64,000 nucleotides of DNA from Callorhinchus milii (lineage: Eukaryota). Positions 12,920 through 25,060 of the stretch are shown here, piece after piece. Below the pieces are notes generated by a model. The model ran no database searches and was not told the origin of the DNA. It was given only the letters and a program-made list of their open reading frames with translations. Position 1 is the stretch's first letter, and each line of letters starts with the position of its first letter. The DNA lies in the NCBI RefSeq assembly GCF_018977255.1, contig NW_024704743.1:8122001-8186000 (forward strand), written 5' to 3'. The position numbers were made by a program, and so were the translations under genes.

Positions 12920-13325
12920 CTTGGCTCATTTGGTAACATACCTGCCTCCAAGTCGATTAGTTCTGAGTTCAAGATCCATATCTGGACTTGAGCTCATAGT
13001 GTATGTAGGCTGACACTTCAGTGCTGTACTGAGGAAATGCTGCGTTGCCTGAGTTGCCCTCTTTCAGATGAGAAGTTAGAGCTGAGAGCCTGTTCAAGTG
13101 GTCATTAATGATCTCATGAATCAATTTTAAAAAAGGTATGGAGTTTCAGCTTTTTTTATCAAGAATCCTCCATACTAATTGGTTATTCACCTCATGTTAT
13201 TTGTGGGACCTTGTTGGTACGAAAATGGCTGCTGTATTTGCCTACAAAAAAATCTATTACTACATTTGACATTAATTGCTTGTGAAGCACTTTGACACTT
13301 TTCAATGTGTGACGGTTTTATAACA
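12920..13325 (+). mobile_element. Deu-domain SINE (family B), diverged
   Basis: ttggctcatttggtaac head, ggctgacacttcagtgctgtactgagg, tttgtgggaccttgttg and gtgaagcactttg tail. Confidence 0.75.
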
Positions 13326-13667
13326 TATGTTTTTCTCCCTCTTCCATCATGTTACTTTTCCAGAGTAGTTTCTGAATCAATGAAATTTAGTCTCCAATAG
13401 GCCCTTGTGTTTTAGTGAGCCACATGCGGACACTCATCATCATGCTTAAGAGCATTAAAACCAGACTGAGTTCCACATATGCTTGCCACCTCTGCATAGA
13501 AATTTCCCATTTGCCTTAGAATGGAGTGGGAACTCTTTCCAGGAAGACACACTTTTTTAATTCTGGAAAATGTTTGGGGCATTAGAGCCGAGTATTAGAT
13601 TTAGTGCATTGGGGATACTGCTGGAATTTTAACTAGCTAAAACCAGATTAAAAATAATTGTGAGCAC

Positions 13668-13880
13668 TATCTGGCAAGTTTCCCACTTCTTGTCCAGGCA
13701 GGACCACCCACTGTTAGGGCTTTATCTTGTAGGATTAACAGGAGCCAAATGGGAAAACTCCCTGCCCCCAGTGACTGGTCTATCTCTCTTAGTCCTGCCG
13801 ACAAGCTAGACTGGCTGGTCTGTTATCCGCAATACCTTAGAGTACTGCAGACATGCCTGGCTCAGGAACTGATCTACTGA
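13668..13880 (-). repeat. Unclassified interspersed repeat X
   Basis: The reverse complement aligns by eye with 21325-21525 (cagttcctgagccaggca...agaccagtcactggg...gctcctgttaa...ctaacag..gggtggtc). Confidence 0.7.
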
Positions 13881-15329
13881 TCAGATTCACTCAGGATTGA
13901 CTCAATTCCAATATTCCATTGTCAGGTATGTCACCTTGGAGCCAACTCAGTCCCAAGTAGATCCTGTATATCATCTCTTCCCCCTCCTCTCCAAACAGCC
14001 CCTTTAATAGGGAAATGAAAAGAATAATTCGCCAGTAACTCTGCTTCTGCAGATGTTGGCTAAATCCATTTTAGACGTCAGTATACAGAGGACAAAATTC
14101 TAGGTATGATTTCACTGTCTAGTAAGGAGGGGACGGTCATAAACTAAAGAGGTTATGAATCTAGTTTAGGCCTCTAGTATTCTGTGTGGAAGTTTTGAAT
14201 CAATGCAGAATGTGAAGCTGCAACTACAACTGCTCTGGCGTTGTTTAAGAATAAGCATGTGTTCTGCACTGGTCACAGTCTTATGGCTAACTGCCTAGTC
14301 ATATCTCTTTGTGAAATGTCCATGCAGGAAGCCAGCTCATCCATTCCACTGGATTGCACAGCTTTGGTCTGTGTTGTGTCCAGTGAAAGGACAAGAGCTT
14401 TGTTTAGCATACAAACAGAGCTTTCATTGGTTTTCTACTGAGTTAAATTTGCATCTGGTACATTTTTGCAAAGCGATTAAAGGATTGCACTAAGTTTTAT
14501 GTCCTTCCATACTGTGCTTCTCAAAATAGATTTCTATATTTATTCCTCTAACACGGGTTGAATAATTTTTGTAGTTACCTGTCATGAGTTGGGTCACACA
14601 CCAACCAGAAAAAAGTTTTCTGCTTTTAATGACTCATGTGGAAACTTTGTGGGAGGCACAAAAGGCATTCGTGACTTTTTCACAGTAGTGTTTCAACTGC
14701 ACTGGCACAAAAAAAGATTTGCTACCGCTATGCTTTAAGAAACTCTTCAGTTTTAGCATGTACTAATGGTTAGAAAATTACTAGCGAGGATTAGAAAAGC
14801 ACTTGGAACAGCAACATTTAATTATACTTTGTATTTTTATTCTGAAATAGTTGTCAGAAGGTTGAGTGGAGATAGAATGCCTATTTTACCATGGGGGAAG
14901 GGGTGGGGGACAACATCCTTTGCATTTATTTTTAAAGATATTTATAATTCCTGTGATGAATGTCAATTTAAAGTCAATTTGCAAGCACAATGTATATTCG
15001 GAATAACTCCTGTAGTATCAAATATAATTATAATCAAATATATAGTTAATCTTTCTTTCTCTCTCTGTCTCTTCTTTTCAATATCGCCCGCCTCTGCACT
15101 ACCTCACCCTAATGCAGCTGAAACCCTCGTATACATGTCCACACTCAATTTTTCCAATACCCTACTCACCAGCCTCCACAATCTCCAGATCATCCAAACC
15201 CCTGCAGCCTACATCTTCTACACTAGGCTCAATCATCACCTCATCCTCCCTCAGCTCCGTATCTCCATCTACTCATTGTTAGTTTCACATGCCTCCTGAG
15301 ACCAGGACACTGGACCCATTTAAAAAGTA

Positions 15330-15430
15330 GCAAAACAGAGATTGCTGGGAACACTCAGCAGGTCAGGCAGCATCTATGGAGAAAGGAAAGTGGGTCAACA
15401 CTTTGGGTCCATGACCCTTCATTAGAACTC
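15330..15430 (-). mobile_element. Penelope-like pLTR fragment
   Basis: The reverse complement ttctaatgaagggtcatggacccaaagtgttgac...gctgagtgttcccagc is homologous to 10061-10160. Confidence 0.7.
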
Positions 15431-17123
15431 GGGTATTTTGAGAGGGAGAGGTTTTAAAGACTAACGGAGAAGAGAGGCTGGGCAAGAAAGACAAAGGAGA
15501 AAATGGGCTGGAGGATAGGGGATGATGAGTTAAAGCCATTTTAAAAAGCAGCTTGATGCTATAATGCAGGGTTGTCAAATAAGTTATCCACCAGCCCGTG
15601 TTGTGAATTGGGAATCCAGATATGGCGAAATTACATTTTTGATTGGTCAATAAAACATTAGTAATAACCACTGCTGTTGGGCATTTGATGTCAATACTCG
15701 CACAATGTATACATGTGTACTTTGATCTTTTTGTGCATTTGTTGGTAAAATAGTAAGATGATAATGGTAGGGTTTCTTCATCTCTACCTCTCTTGTTATC
15801 TTATGAATTTTGTGCTTGTGTAATCCAGTGGAATAAAGGGATTTGTTTAATTTCCTTATGAAGCCCAATAGGAAAGATTGCTAAATTTGTGTTCTGCTCA
15901 AAAAGGATGAGATGAAATTAACTGAAGGGCTATCTTGATCCAGACCTCTTGTAAATCATTAATTTACTGTCTCATCTGCTTCATTTTTTATGTGCCACAA
16001 AGTGGTCATCTGAGCCCATCTAACAATAGAGTTGTTTCAGAGCTTGAAAGAGGTTGGGGGTAGCTCCTGTCATAAAAGATTAAATGGTAAATAGTAGGAA
16101 ATTCAAACATTCTTTGGCTTGAACACAAGGTACTAGCTACCATGTTTTCACCTTAGACATTTTAAGAAGGGAAGTAGCTTGGAGTGAAATGTTTCAGGTG
16201 GCCCTTCATCACAGGAAGTGGGTTTCCGTCTTATGTCATTTGCATCACAATCTACTGTTATGGGGATTACAAACTACTGTAGCTGCGTACCTCTGTAACC
16301 TTTCACTTCAGTATTTGTACATGGTAAATAATTAGTAATCGCCTTTATCTGTCATGGTCACTGCACCAAACTCAATTTTACATCAAAGTAGGATGAAGCT
16401 AAAAGATTAAGCATGATACATACTTTTCAATTCATAATTAGAGCTGTGGCATTTGCATTTTTCAAACTGCAGTTAAAATATGTGACATTAACTGAAGGCA
16501 ACGAAAGTAAACAAAATTGTTGCAATACAAATATACAGAGTTGTGTTTGCAAAACTTCCCACAGTTGAACCCAATAAAATGATGTGTTTCATAACCTTAA
16601 GTTTGCAGACATCTGAACTAACTTGTGCAAGTTATTTTTCTTATGATAGGTCATGCGTGGGAGATGGCGTGTGTGCCAGCTTTTCAAGCTGTTCTGGTAT
16701 TTGGAATAAAATTTGCTCACTTCCTTCCTTAACTGATATATAGTACAGGTGTCCAAAGTAACTGTTTATTTGTGTGAGGGTCTGAGCCATTCTGCTGTCC
16801 TTCCTTTCTCACCTAAGGTCTGGTTTGATTAACAACCCACTTTTAAGATCTCACTAATGCTGTTTAGAGGCTTATGATAGTAAATTTGAATTTCTCTTAT
16901 TTCCATACAAACATTCACAATTGAAGACCAATTGAAGTTTTCGGATTGGGTATACAAAAGTCCACATGACTTTACATTTTAAAAAGCATGGCAAAAAGGG
17001 ATCTGTTGGGAGTCAATGTGCTTAATCTTGTTTGCACATGAGAAGAAGGAATGGAATTGGTGTTATAGTTTATGATGTGGATTTTATTAGACTGCTAATT
17101 TTATGATTTGTGTTTTTCTTTAG

Positions 17124-17186
17124 GAACGAAGGAAAATGTAGACAACCTGGGGCCTGAAGCTAAGACACGCAAGACTGGTTGCACAG
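17124..17186 (+). CDS. ZEB1: ZEB1 exon 3 (63 nt, phase 1-1; absent from the ORF track)
   Basis: Acceptor tttttctttag|GAACG and donor CACAG|gtatag. Encodes (G)TKENVDNLGPEAKTRKTGCT, resembling human exon 3 (LGPEA...GCT) and keeping frame between exons 2 and 4. Confidence 0.9.
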
Positions 17187-17809
17187 GTATAGACTAAAGG
17201 TTTCACCATACAGACCAAATAACATAGCACACAGATCTTCTCAAATTCTTGTATAATACAGATTATTATCTATCTTGAAATTAGAAGACAATGCTGGGAA
17301 TTCAAAAAAAAGAGCAGGAAGGGAAAAAAGTATCCAAATTGCAATCATTTCTCATTGCTCATGTCAAATAAAAATAATGGCTTCTGTTGGAATCTAATCC
17401 CGGACATGTGCCATCTTTCTGCTCACCATCAACTGGCCTCTATTTCAGAAAAACACGAGTTCCATTTCTCAAATAATCTACTTTAGGGACTTTCTGTAAT
17501 GAAATGTGGATTTTTTAAAAATCCGTTTTGCCACTTGCCATCAATTGTCATAATTCTGTACCTTACAACTTATTGTATTTGATAGTCACCTAGTTTCTAA
17601 AATGAATTACCACCTTCTGTTACATCCAAAAATGTTTTTTGTGGATCCGAATAGCATGCTCAATGTCAACAAACTCTTTCAGAGTTTATTGAATTGGACT
17701 GCTTTAATACTTACAGTATTCCAGTGTAGCATGGCTATAATGTGCTTGTTTATAGCAAATACCTTTCTGACCCCAAATCCTACCAACGTGACATTTCCCT
17801 CCACTCTAC

Positions 17810-18522
17810 AGACATTGACCTGCTTCACGTTCCCTCTCCTGCCCGGCCCACTGTTGGTGGTCATGGGTTTAGCCTTTTTGCCCACACTCTCTGGAACTCC
17901 ATCCCTGAATCCTTTTTCCTTGCCCCTTCCCTAGCCTGCTTGAAGGTCCATCTCAAGACCTTCCTCTTTGACCATGGCTTTAGTCATCTTCTCACCTCAC
18001 CCTCTACCTCATTGGTCCCCACCCATCCCGTATCCAGCCCCCAACTTGGGCCAAACCCTTGATTGTCCAGCACATTGGGATCTATTTCTGATATGAAAGG
18101 CAAACGTATAAATGTGATTTATTGTTGTTGAATTTGGTTGTAAGAAGATTTGTGTGTAGACTTGACGGTCTTGCTCCTCCCTGCCTCTCCGACCTCCTAA
18201 CCCCCTACCACCCTGTTTACTCCCTCCACTCAGCCTGCTTCACGTCCCCCGCCTTGCTCGCCCCACTATCGGCAGGCGGGCCTTCCGCCACTCTGCCCCC
18301 ACCCTCTGGAACTCAATCCCGCAGTTCCTTTGTCTTGCCCCCTCCAAAACCCCTCAAGACCCTCCTCTTCGACCCTTTGCTTTCGATCTCCCTGCCTCCC
18401 CCCTGCCCTCCCCTCTCCCCCACTCCAACCCTCAGCTCAGTTCCGTAACTCTGTCTGTTCAGCGCCTTGGGATATCCTCCCGACGTGAAAGGCATTATAC
18501 AAATGTAATTTTGTTGTTGTTG
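17810..18522 (+). mobile_element. Two tandem L2 LINE 3' fragments
   Basis: Both contain the cccacactctctggaactccatccc / ctcaagacc motifs and end in a ...gtgaaaggc..ataaatgt..ttgttgttg-type tail; homologous to 23690-23990. Confidence 0.85.
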
Positions 18523-20474
18523 TAGACCCTATTTACTCCACATGCTTCCAGTCAGCTAACTTGCTTCCTGTACGTTGATTGGCTTTTACACTAAAATGGC
18601 TACTCATGCACAATAAATAATTTAGGTGTAGGACAGTAGATGATGAGATCAGAGGTGTTGATGGGGCAAGACAACAGTCAAAAGGTAATCGACCTGAAAC
18701 GTTGGTTTGATCATTGCAGTTCTCTTTGAAATGTCAAATACTCGAATCTCTCTGGGTAAATCCTCTGCCTTTGTGTTGTCTTGTTTGGTATTTGCTAATC
18801 TTGCAATATGCCATAAGCAACTTTAACTTCGTCAGTGTCTTTCATAATCGTCAAAACTTATAATAGGTCATCTCAAAAGTCTCATCATTTTCTGTAATAT
18901 TAGTGATAGCTGTTTTTTCTGATTGGGAGAGAAGAGAGGGAATGCACACAGTGTTTGTACCCAACACTGTTGTACTTCACATAATTGAAAATGTGTATTC
19001 TTGGAACTGTATCTATAGCAACATTTACCCCGCTGAGATAAGTGTTTTAAAAGGCAATGCATTGTAATATACCACAAAACTATCGGCAGGCTCCATCACG
19101 TCCCATTTATCAAACACTATTCCCAAACTACTTTAGGATTTTAATAAGCATTGAGATTTATAAATCTATAAATAAAACAGGAAAAACTAAAAAACAAAGA
19201 TAGCTATACAGTGGAAGCTTATAATGACAAGTTAAAATATTACAAAATTTGTGAGAATTTTGTGTTAATTCTGTGGTCCAGGAATTTTGTAAATTTATTC
19301 ATGAAGCTACTCACAAGCTAATATGTTCCTAGTGCTCGTGACAGGGCTATTTACACATAAACTGGGTGTGAATTTGTACTGATGTTTTTGCATGTTAAAT
19401 TGAGGTGGCTTATTAGCTAGCTGCTTTAATTTATAAAATAATGCTGGCATTAACTATGCTCTTATTTATATTGTAACTGATGGAGACTGCCCTTTGGGAT
19501 TGTAGAATAGTAAATTGGATTTAGACTTGTGAGAATAGGCACGATTCTTTGTATGTTGTGCTCTATATCTTTTGAAAGACCATTTTGTGCACATTTCAAA
19601 AAAGCTCTTTTCTAAAAAAATACTTCTACTTGCTGCTAATGGAAATTGCATTGATAAATAGACTGATTCTATGGAACTAATAATGCTTGTTAAACTAGAA
19701 CATTGATATTGGTGGGAGAAGACTTTCTTTTGATACTGTTATTTTTGTCACTAATTTAACATTTCTTGGTCTTTTGTTTGTTCCTTTCCTGATGGCTTTA
19801 TGTGGATTTTATACATTGGTTCTTGGAGAGAGTTAGCTGATATAATAGCAATAATAATCCTTGCATTTGGTATAGCGTCTTATGTAAGCTCTATACGAAT
19901 GCAATATGTTGTTGCTCTTAACTGTATCCAGTAACCTTGTAAGATGGGGAATTTTTTAGATAATCACATGGGTGAACTTGTATCCATTACTGTCTATCAA
20001 AAATTACTGCATTGTTAACTGTAATGCTTTTCGACACTTCCATCTGTGATTATTTTCAGATGTATGAATGTACTTCATTTACTAGATACTTTGAAACTCC
20101 ATCATAATAGAGGGAAATTGGATAGATCATTTATATTGAGACATTAAGGTCTTATTGTCCACTATTATGTGGCCTTCTCCTTAATTTGGTCTTATAGTGA
20201 ATCTTTTAAAATATTTTGTATGAAAATGGATAAACAACTATGTACTTGTGATTGCATTTACCATTTCCACACTTTGAGGATAGGGCCCTGAGATAGGATG
20301 TTATGAATTCTTATGGTTTGTCATAGTTTTTTTGTGTATAAAATTGTGCATGCCTGTTACTTTGTAAATTGCATTTGCAAATGAGGTGAATTATTCCCAT
20401 CAGTTACTGTATTATCCTTACTCTGTAACACTTGGACGAAAGAAAATTATTTTGTGATTTTTCACAAGATTACT

Positions 20475-21215
20475 AGATTGGTTTAGAGGAAGAGGCCCTT
20501 TGGCCCATCTGATCTCATCTCTTTAGAATATCCATCCTACCGTCCTTACAGCATCAAGCTTTAAACGTCCAGTGTCCTGGGCTCAACCACCCTTCCTCAT
20601 AACCTGTTCCAGTCATTAATTACCCTCTCGGTAAAGAAAAACTTTCTGGAGTCTGTCTTGAAATTGCTCTTTGCAACTCTAAACCTATGTCGTCTTGTTC
20701 TACTGCCTCAGACTGAAGAGCCTTAGCCTGTCTATTTGTTGTAGATATCTCATTTTTTTAACATTATGGATCATCCACATTGCTGTCTTTTGCACTGCCT
20801 CTAGGTTCTGGGCAGCCCCCTATAGCACAATGACCACAACTGAGGCTATACTCTAGGTGAAGCCTGACCAGAACAACATACAGCTCGAGTATGACGTCTG
20901 GGAACTTAATCTATACTGATTTAGCAATGTAGCCCAACATCCTGTTTGCTTTGTTTATTGCGTCTTCATCCTGTGTTGACATAATGAGCAATGAGTCAAC
21001 TAAAACCCTTAGATATCTTTTTAGCTTCCCCTTAGCAAGTTTGCTGCATCAATATAGTACTTAGGTTTTTTATTTCTTCGATCCTTTATGTAGTACCTTG
21101 TATTTGCCTTTATTTGCCCGTTATCAGTCCATGTACATATCCTATCAGTCTGTCTTTATAGGACTTTTGCTGCCTCTACTGATTCTACAGTTCCCACAAC
21201 TTGGTGTAATTTGCA
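20475..21215 (-). mobile_element. CR1 LINE 3' ~750 bp, decayed
   Basis: gaggccctttggcccatct...aacctgttccagtcattaattaccctct...aacatcctgtttgctttgttt is the reverse of a CR1 ORF2 end and 3' UTR. Related copies at 53870-54230 and 63880-64000. Confidence 0.78.
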
Positions 21216-21324
21216 AGATCACCCATGTGATCTTCCACTGGTCTGTGAATCCTCCTTGGAAGAGGTAAGAGAATTAGCTCCAAAGTGACATGCCTGGCAA
21301 CAGAATGTCGGATTCGAGCCAGCC

Positions 21325-21697
21325 CTCGGTAGTCCAGTTCCTGAGCCAGGCAGGTCCGCAGTTTTCCAGGGCACTGCTGATGACAGCACAGCCAACCTGG
21401 TTAATCGGCAGACCAGTCACTGGGAACAGGGAGCCATTCCACTCAGCTCCTGTTAACCCTAAAAGCCAAAGTCCTAACAGGTAGGGTGGTCTCAGCTGGA
21501 CAAACAGCAGGAAAGCTTGCCAACAGCAATATCAATGGCAAGCAACGTGGGTTTAGAATTAGGTAAGCAGGATGCATCCCTCCATTCCGAAAATCTATCT
21601 CTGGAATTTCCACGTGTAGGTGGGATGCATGGAAATCTAAGCTTGGTTTGGTGATGGGTTTCTGCATGTGTCAGACACCTGGCTGACCAAAAAAAAA
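21325..21697 (+). repeat. Unclassified interspersed repeat X (best copy)
   Basis: Homologous segments at ~5317-5418, 9520-9900, 13668-13880 (-), 24001-24178 and 46445-46540 (-). Confidence 0.7.
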
Positions 21698-21699
21698 TT

Positions 21700-21960
21700 C
21701 TCTCCCACACATACACTCTTTTCCCCCCTCTCACACACTCCCCTCTCACGCTCTGTTTCTTTCTCTTCCTCCCACTCTGTCACTATCACTTTCTCTCCCT
21801 CCTTTCAGTCAATAATTTTCCCCCTCTCACACACACTTCCACATCTCTGACACTCTCTCCCACACATGCACTCTCTCTCCCCCCCCTCTCTCGCTCCATC
21901 TGTCTCACACACGCACACACACACACTATCTCCCTCCCCTTCTCTCACCACGCACTCCCC
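21700..21960. repeat. (CT)/(CA) compound low-complexity tract
   Basis: Degenerate ctct/caca runs. Confidence 0.85.
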
Positions 21961-21974
21961 CCGAATACTACTTA

Positions 21975-23990
21975 CTACCATGTGCGACCAGGTCTCCCTC
22001 TGTCTCCTCATCCTCCTCGACTTCTCCTCTGCCTTTGACACCGTGGACCACTCAAACCTCCTCCACCACCTCCCACCTCAACCTTCAAGGTTCTGTAGTT
22101 GACTGGTTCAGGTCCTACCTTTCACAATGCCTCCACTTCGTCGCAGCAAACGGCTTTTTCTCCAGGCCCCGCACCGTCTCGTGTGGTGTTCCTCAGGGCT
22201 CTGTCCTCGGTCCTCTCCTCATCACCCTTGGTGACAACAACAACAAGATTCCATTTATAGAGCGCCTTTCACATCGGGAGAACGTCCCAAGGCGCTGGAT
22301 AGTTGGGTCAGAACCCGAGCAGGGGGGAAATGGTCAGGGTGAGGGGAGGGAACGAGGAGGGGGTCGAGAGGGGAGCTGAACGAATGGTCAAAGAGAAAGG
22401 TCTTGAGACCGGCCTTGAAGGAGGAAAGGGAGGAGGCAAGGCGAAGGCACTGGGGGATGGAGTTCCAGAGCCTAGGGGCTGAGAGGCTGAAGGCCCGGCC
22501 ACCGATGGTAGGGCGGTTGGGGCGGGGGATGTGGAGCAGACCGGAGCCAGAGGAACGGAGGGTACGGGCTGGTAAGTTAGGGGGATAGTAGGTCGGAGAG
22601 GTAGAAGGGAGCAAGGCCGTGAATGGCCTTGTAGGTGAGGATGAGGATCTTGAATTCGATCCTCTGGGGGATGAGGAGCCAGTGGAGGCGAACGAGGGTG
22701 GGAGTGATGTGGTCCCGAAGCCTGGTGCGGGACAGTACACGAGCTGCAGAGTTCTGAATGACCTGCAGCTTGTGGAGGGAGGTGTCGGGAAGGCCGGCGA
22801 GGAGAGAGTTTCCATAGTCCAACCTTGAGGTGATAAAGGCGTGGACCAGTGTTTCAGCAGCGTGAGGGGTGAGGTAGTGCCGTAGTCTGGCGATGTTTCA
22901 GAGGTGATGGAAGGCGGCGCCAGTTGTGGCGCGGATATGAGGAAGAAAAGACAGCTCAGGGTCGAACAGAACGCTGAGGTTCCTGACTGGCTTTGAGAGA
23001 TGGAGAGTGCAGCCTTGGACATCATCCGCAGACATGGGGCAAATTTCCACATGTATGCGGATGACACCCAACTCTATCTCTCTGCCTCCACCCTGAACTC
23101 CAGGACTACTGGCGTCCTGACCGACTGCCTGTCCGACATCAAGTCCTGGACGAGGGACAACTTTCTCCAACTCAACGTCAGCAAGACCGAGGCCCTCCTG
23201 ATTGGCTCGTGCCAGTGCCTCCGCACCTCGGACACTGGCAGCATCAGCCTCCACGGCTGCACACTCAGCCTCACTAAGCCAGTCAGGAACCTGGGTGTCA
23301 TGTTCGACCCTGAACTGTCCTTTCTCCCCCACATCCACGCCGTGACCGGCCACTGCCTCACCCCTCAGGCTGCCAAAACCCTCACCAACGCATTTGTCAC
23401 ATCAAGGCTCGATTACGGAAACTTCCTCTTCATCGGCCTTCCCAACTCTTCCCTTCACAAACTGCAGATCATCCAAAACTCTGCAGCTTGTGTACTGTCA
23501 CGCATCAGGCTCCGTGACCGCATCACTCCCACTCTCGTCCGACTCCATTGGCTCCCCATCCCCGAGAGGATCGAGTTCAAGATCCTCATCCTCCCTTTCA
23601 AGGCCATGGCCTTGCCCCCTCCTATCTCTCTGACCTGCTGATTCCCTACCAACCTGCCCGCGCTCTCCATTCAGCGGGCTCCAGTCTGCTCCATGTCTCC
23701 CACCCGACACGGCCTACCATCGGCGGCCGGGCTTTCAGCCTCTCTGCCCCCACACTCTGGAACTCCATCCCCACGGTCCCTTCGGCTTGCTTCCTCCCTT
23801 GCCTCCTTCAAGGCCGGTCTCAAGACTCTTCTTTTCATTCGTGCCTTTGGTCGCCCTCCCACCTCTCTGCCTTCCCTCACCCCTACAACACCCTCCCTCA
23901 TGCTCGGGCCCCGACACCTGGTTGTTCAGCGCTTTGGGACATCCTCCCGACGTGAAAGGCGCTCTATAAATGTAATTTTGTTGTTGTTGT
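21975..23990 (+). mobile_element. L2 LINE, 5'-truncated reverse-transcriptase pseudo-ORF2, interrupted at 22237-23014
   Basis: Motifs [20 protein letters not shown] and [12 protein letters not shown] lie before the break; HMYADDTQLY, LQLNVSKTE, NLGVMFD and LHWLPI follow it. Frameshifted. The 3' tail ends in (ttg)n. Confidence 0.93.
22237..23014 (-). mobile_element. L2 LINE 3' ~780 bp inserted in reverse into another L2
   Basis: The reverse strand encodes [11 protein letters not shown]...[15 protein letters not shown]...GGRAFSLSAPRLWNSIP. The tail (caa)n is at 22235-22245. ccttggtgaca / ccttggaca occur at the two junctions. Confidence 0.92.
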
Positions 23991-24898
23991 TATACTTTCT
24001 GGAATTAGGTAAGCAGGATGCATCCCTCCAAGTAGAGAGTACGCATTCCATTCCAACAGTCTATCTCTGGGATTTCTATGTGTGGGTGGGATGTATGGAA
24101 ATCTCAGTTTGGTTTGGATATTCTTAAGCATGGTAATGGGTTTCAACTTGTATCAGACACCCGGCTGACAAAAAAAATCAGTCATCAAGGAATAGGAGAG
24201 GTCACAGACCCTAGATATCTTGCGTTTATATCTCCCCGCTATTTTGACCTAACTCCCCTAACAAAGACTATCTGATGCAGATCACGCTTCCTTGCTCCAC
24301 GCATAATGTTTTAAAGAGATGCACTTTCAGATAAGGAGGAACTGGATTGGGGATATGATCAAAATTTGCAGAACTGTGACTTAATAAAGTATGTTCTGCT
24401 AATCAGACAACATTAGGATTTAAATGGGACACAGTTGCCTCAAAACATTTTTTCAACATACAAAGGTGAACTGAATCTTACTGGTTGTGAAGATGTTAAG
24501 ATTTTGCAGAAGTCAAGTTTCAGGAACTTGCTGCTTGTGCCTATAATCAACCTTTATTCTTCATTCCTTGATTTGACTCTATATATAGAGTTAGCTACAA
24601 CAAACTCAATCCAGGTAGTCTCTATAATGGACTCAATCATATCAGTTTCATATGCATTGACTTCATTCAGGATGTAAGTATAGAAAGAACATGCAGGAGA
24701 ATAACCAGTTGCAGGCCTGTTGAGTATATATGATATAAGTTAAGGTGATTAAGAGACAATAGCTCCCAAAATGTCATATTGTAAAGAATCGATAATTTAG
24801 GAAGAAACTGACCGATCAGGCCTTAAATAAAGACCATGAAGTTTTTTTTAAGTTTTTAATTTGTACAGTTCATTATGTGATGCATTATTTTTTAATAG

Positions 24899-25060
24899 CT
24901 AATGAAGAGGGCTGTGATTCTGATGGAGATGAAGAGCAAAGCCATGATCCAAATGTTCAAGAATACCTTCAACAAGGAGGCACAGCTGTCATTTATCCAG
25001 AAGCACCAGAGGAGCAGCATAGGCTCGGCACGCCAGAGGCTAGTGGGCAAGAAGAAAATG
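24899..25060 (+). CDS. ZEB1: ZEB1 exon 4 (162 nt, phase 1-1)
   Basis: Acceptor tttaatag|CTAAT and donor AAATG|gtaaca. Encodes [39 protein letters not shown]. Confidence 0.95.

Noticed and set aside
14766-15299. 177-aa ORF in intron 2
   Set aside because: AT-rich non-coding sequence running into a decayed L2 fragment (AAETLV...LQIIQ); no coherent domain.
23000-23641. 213-aa ORF with a YADD reverse-transcriptase motif as a possible domesticated or novel RT gene
   Set aside because: It is a fragment of a truncated, frameshifted L2 ORF2, and its ATG comes from the inserted reverse copy.
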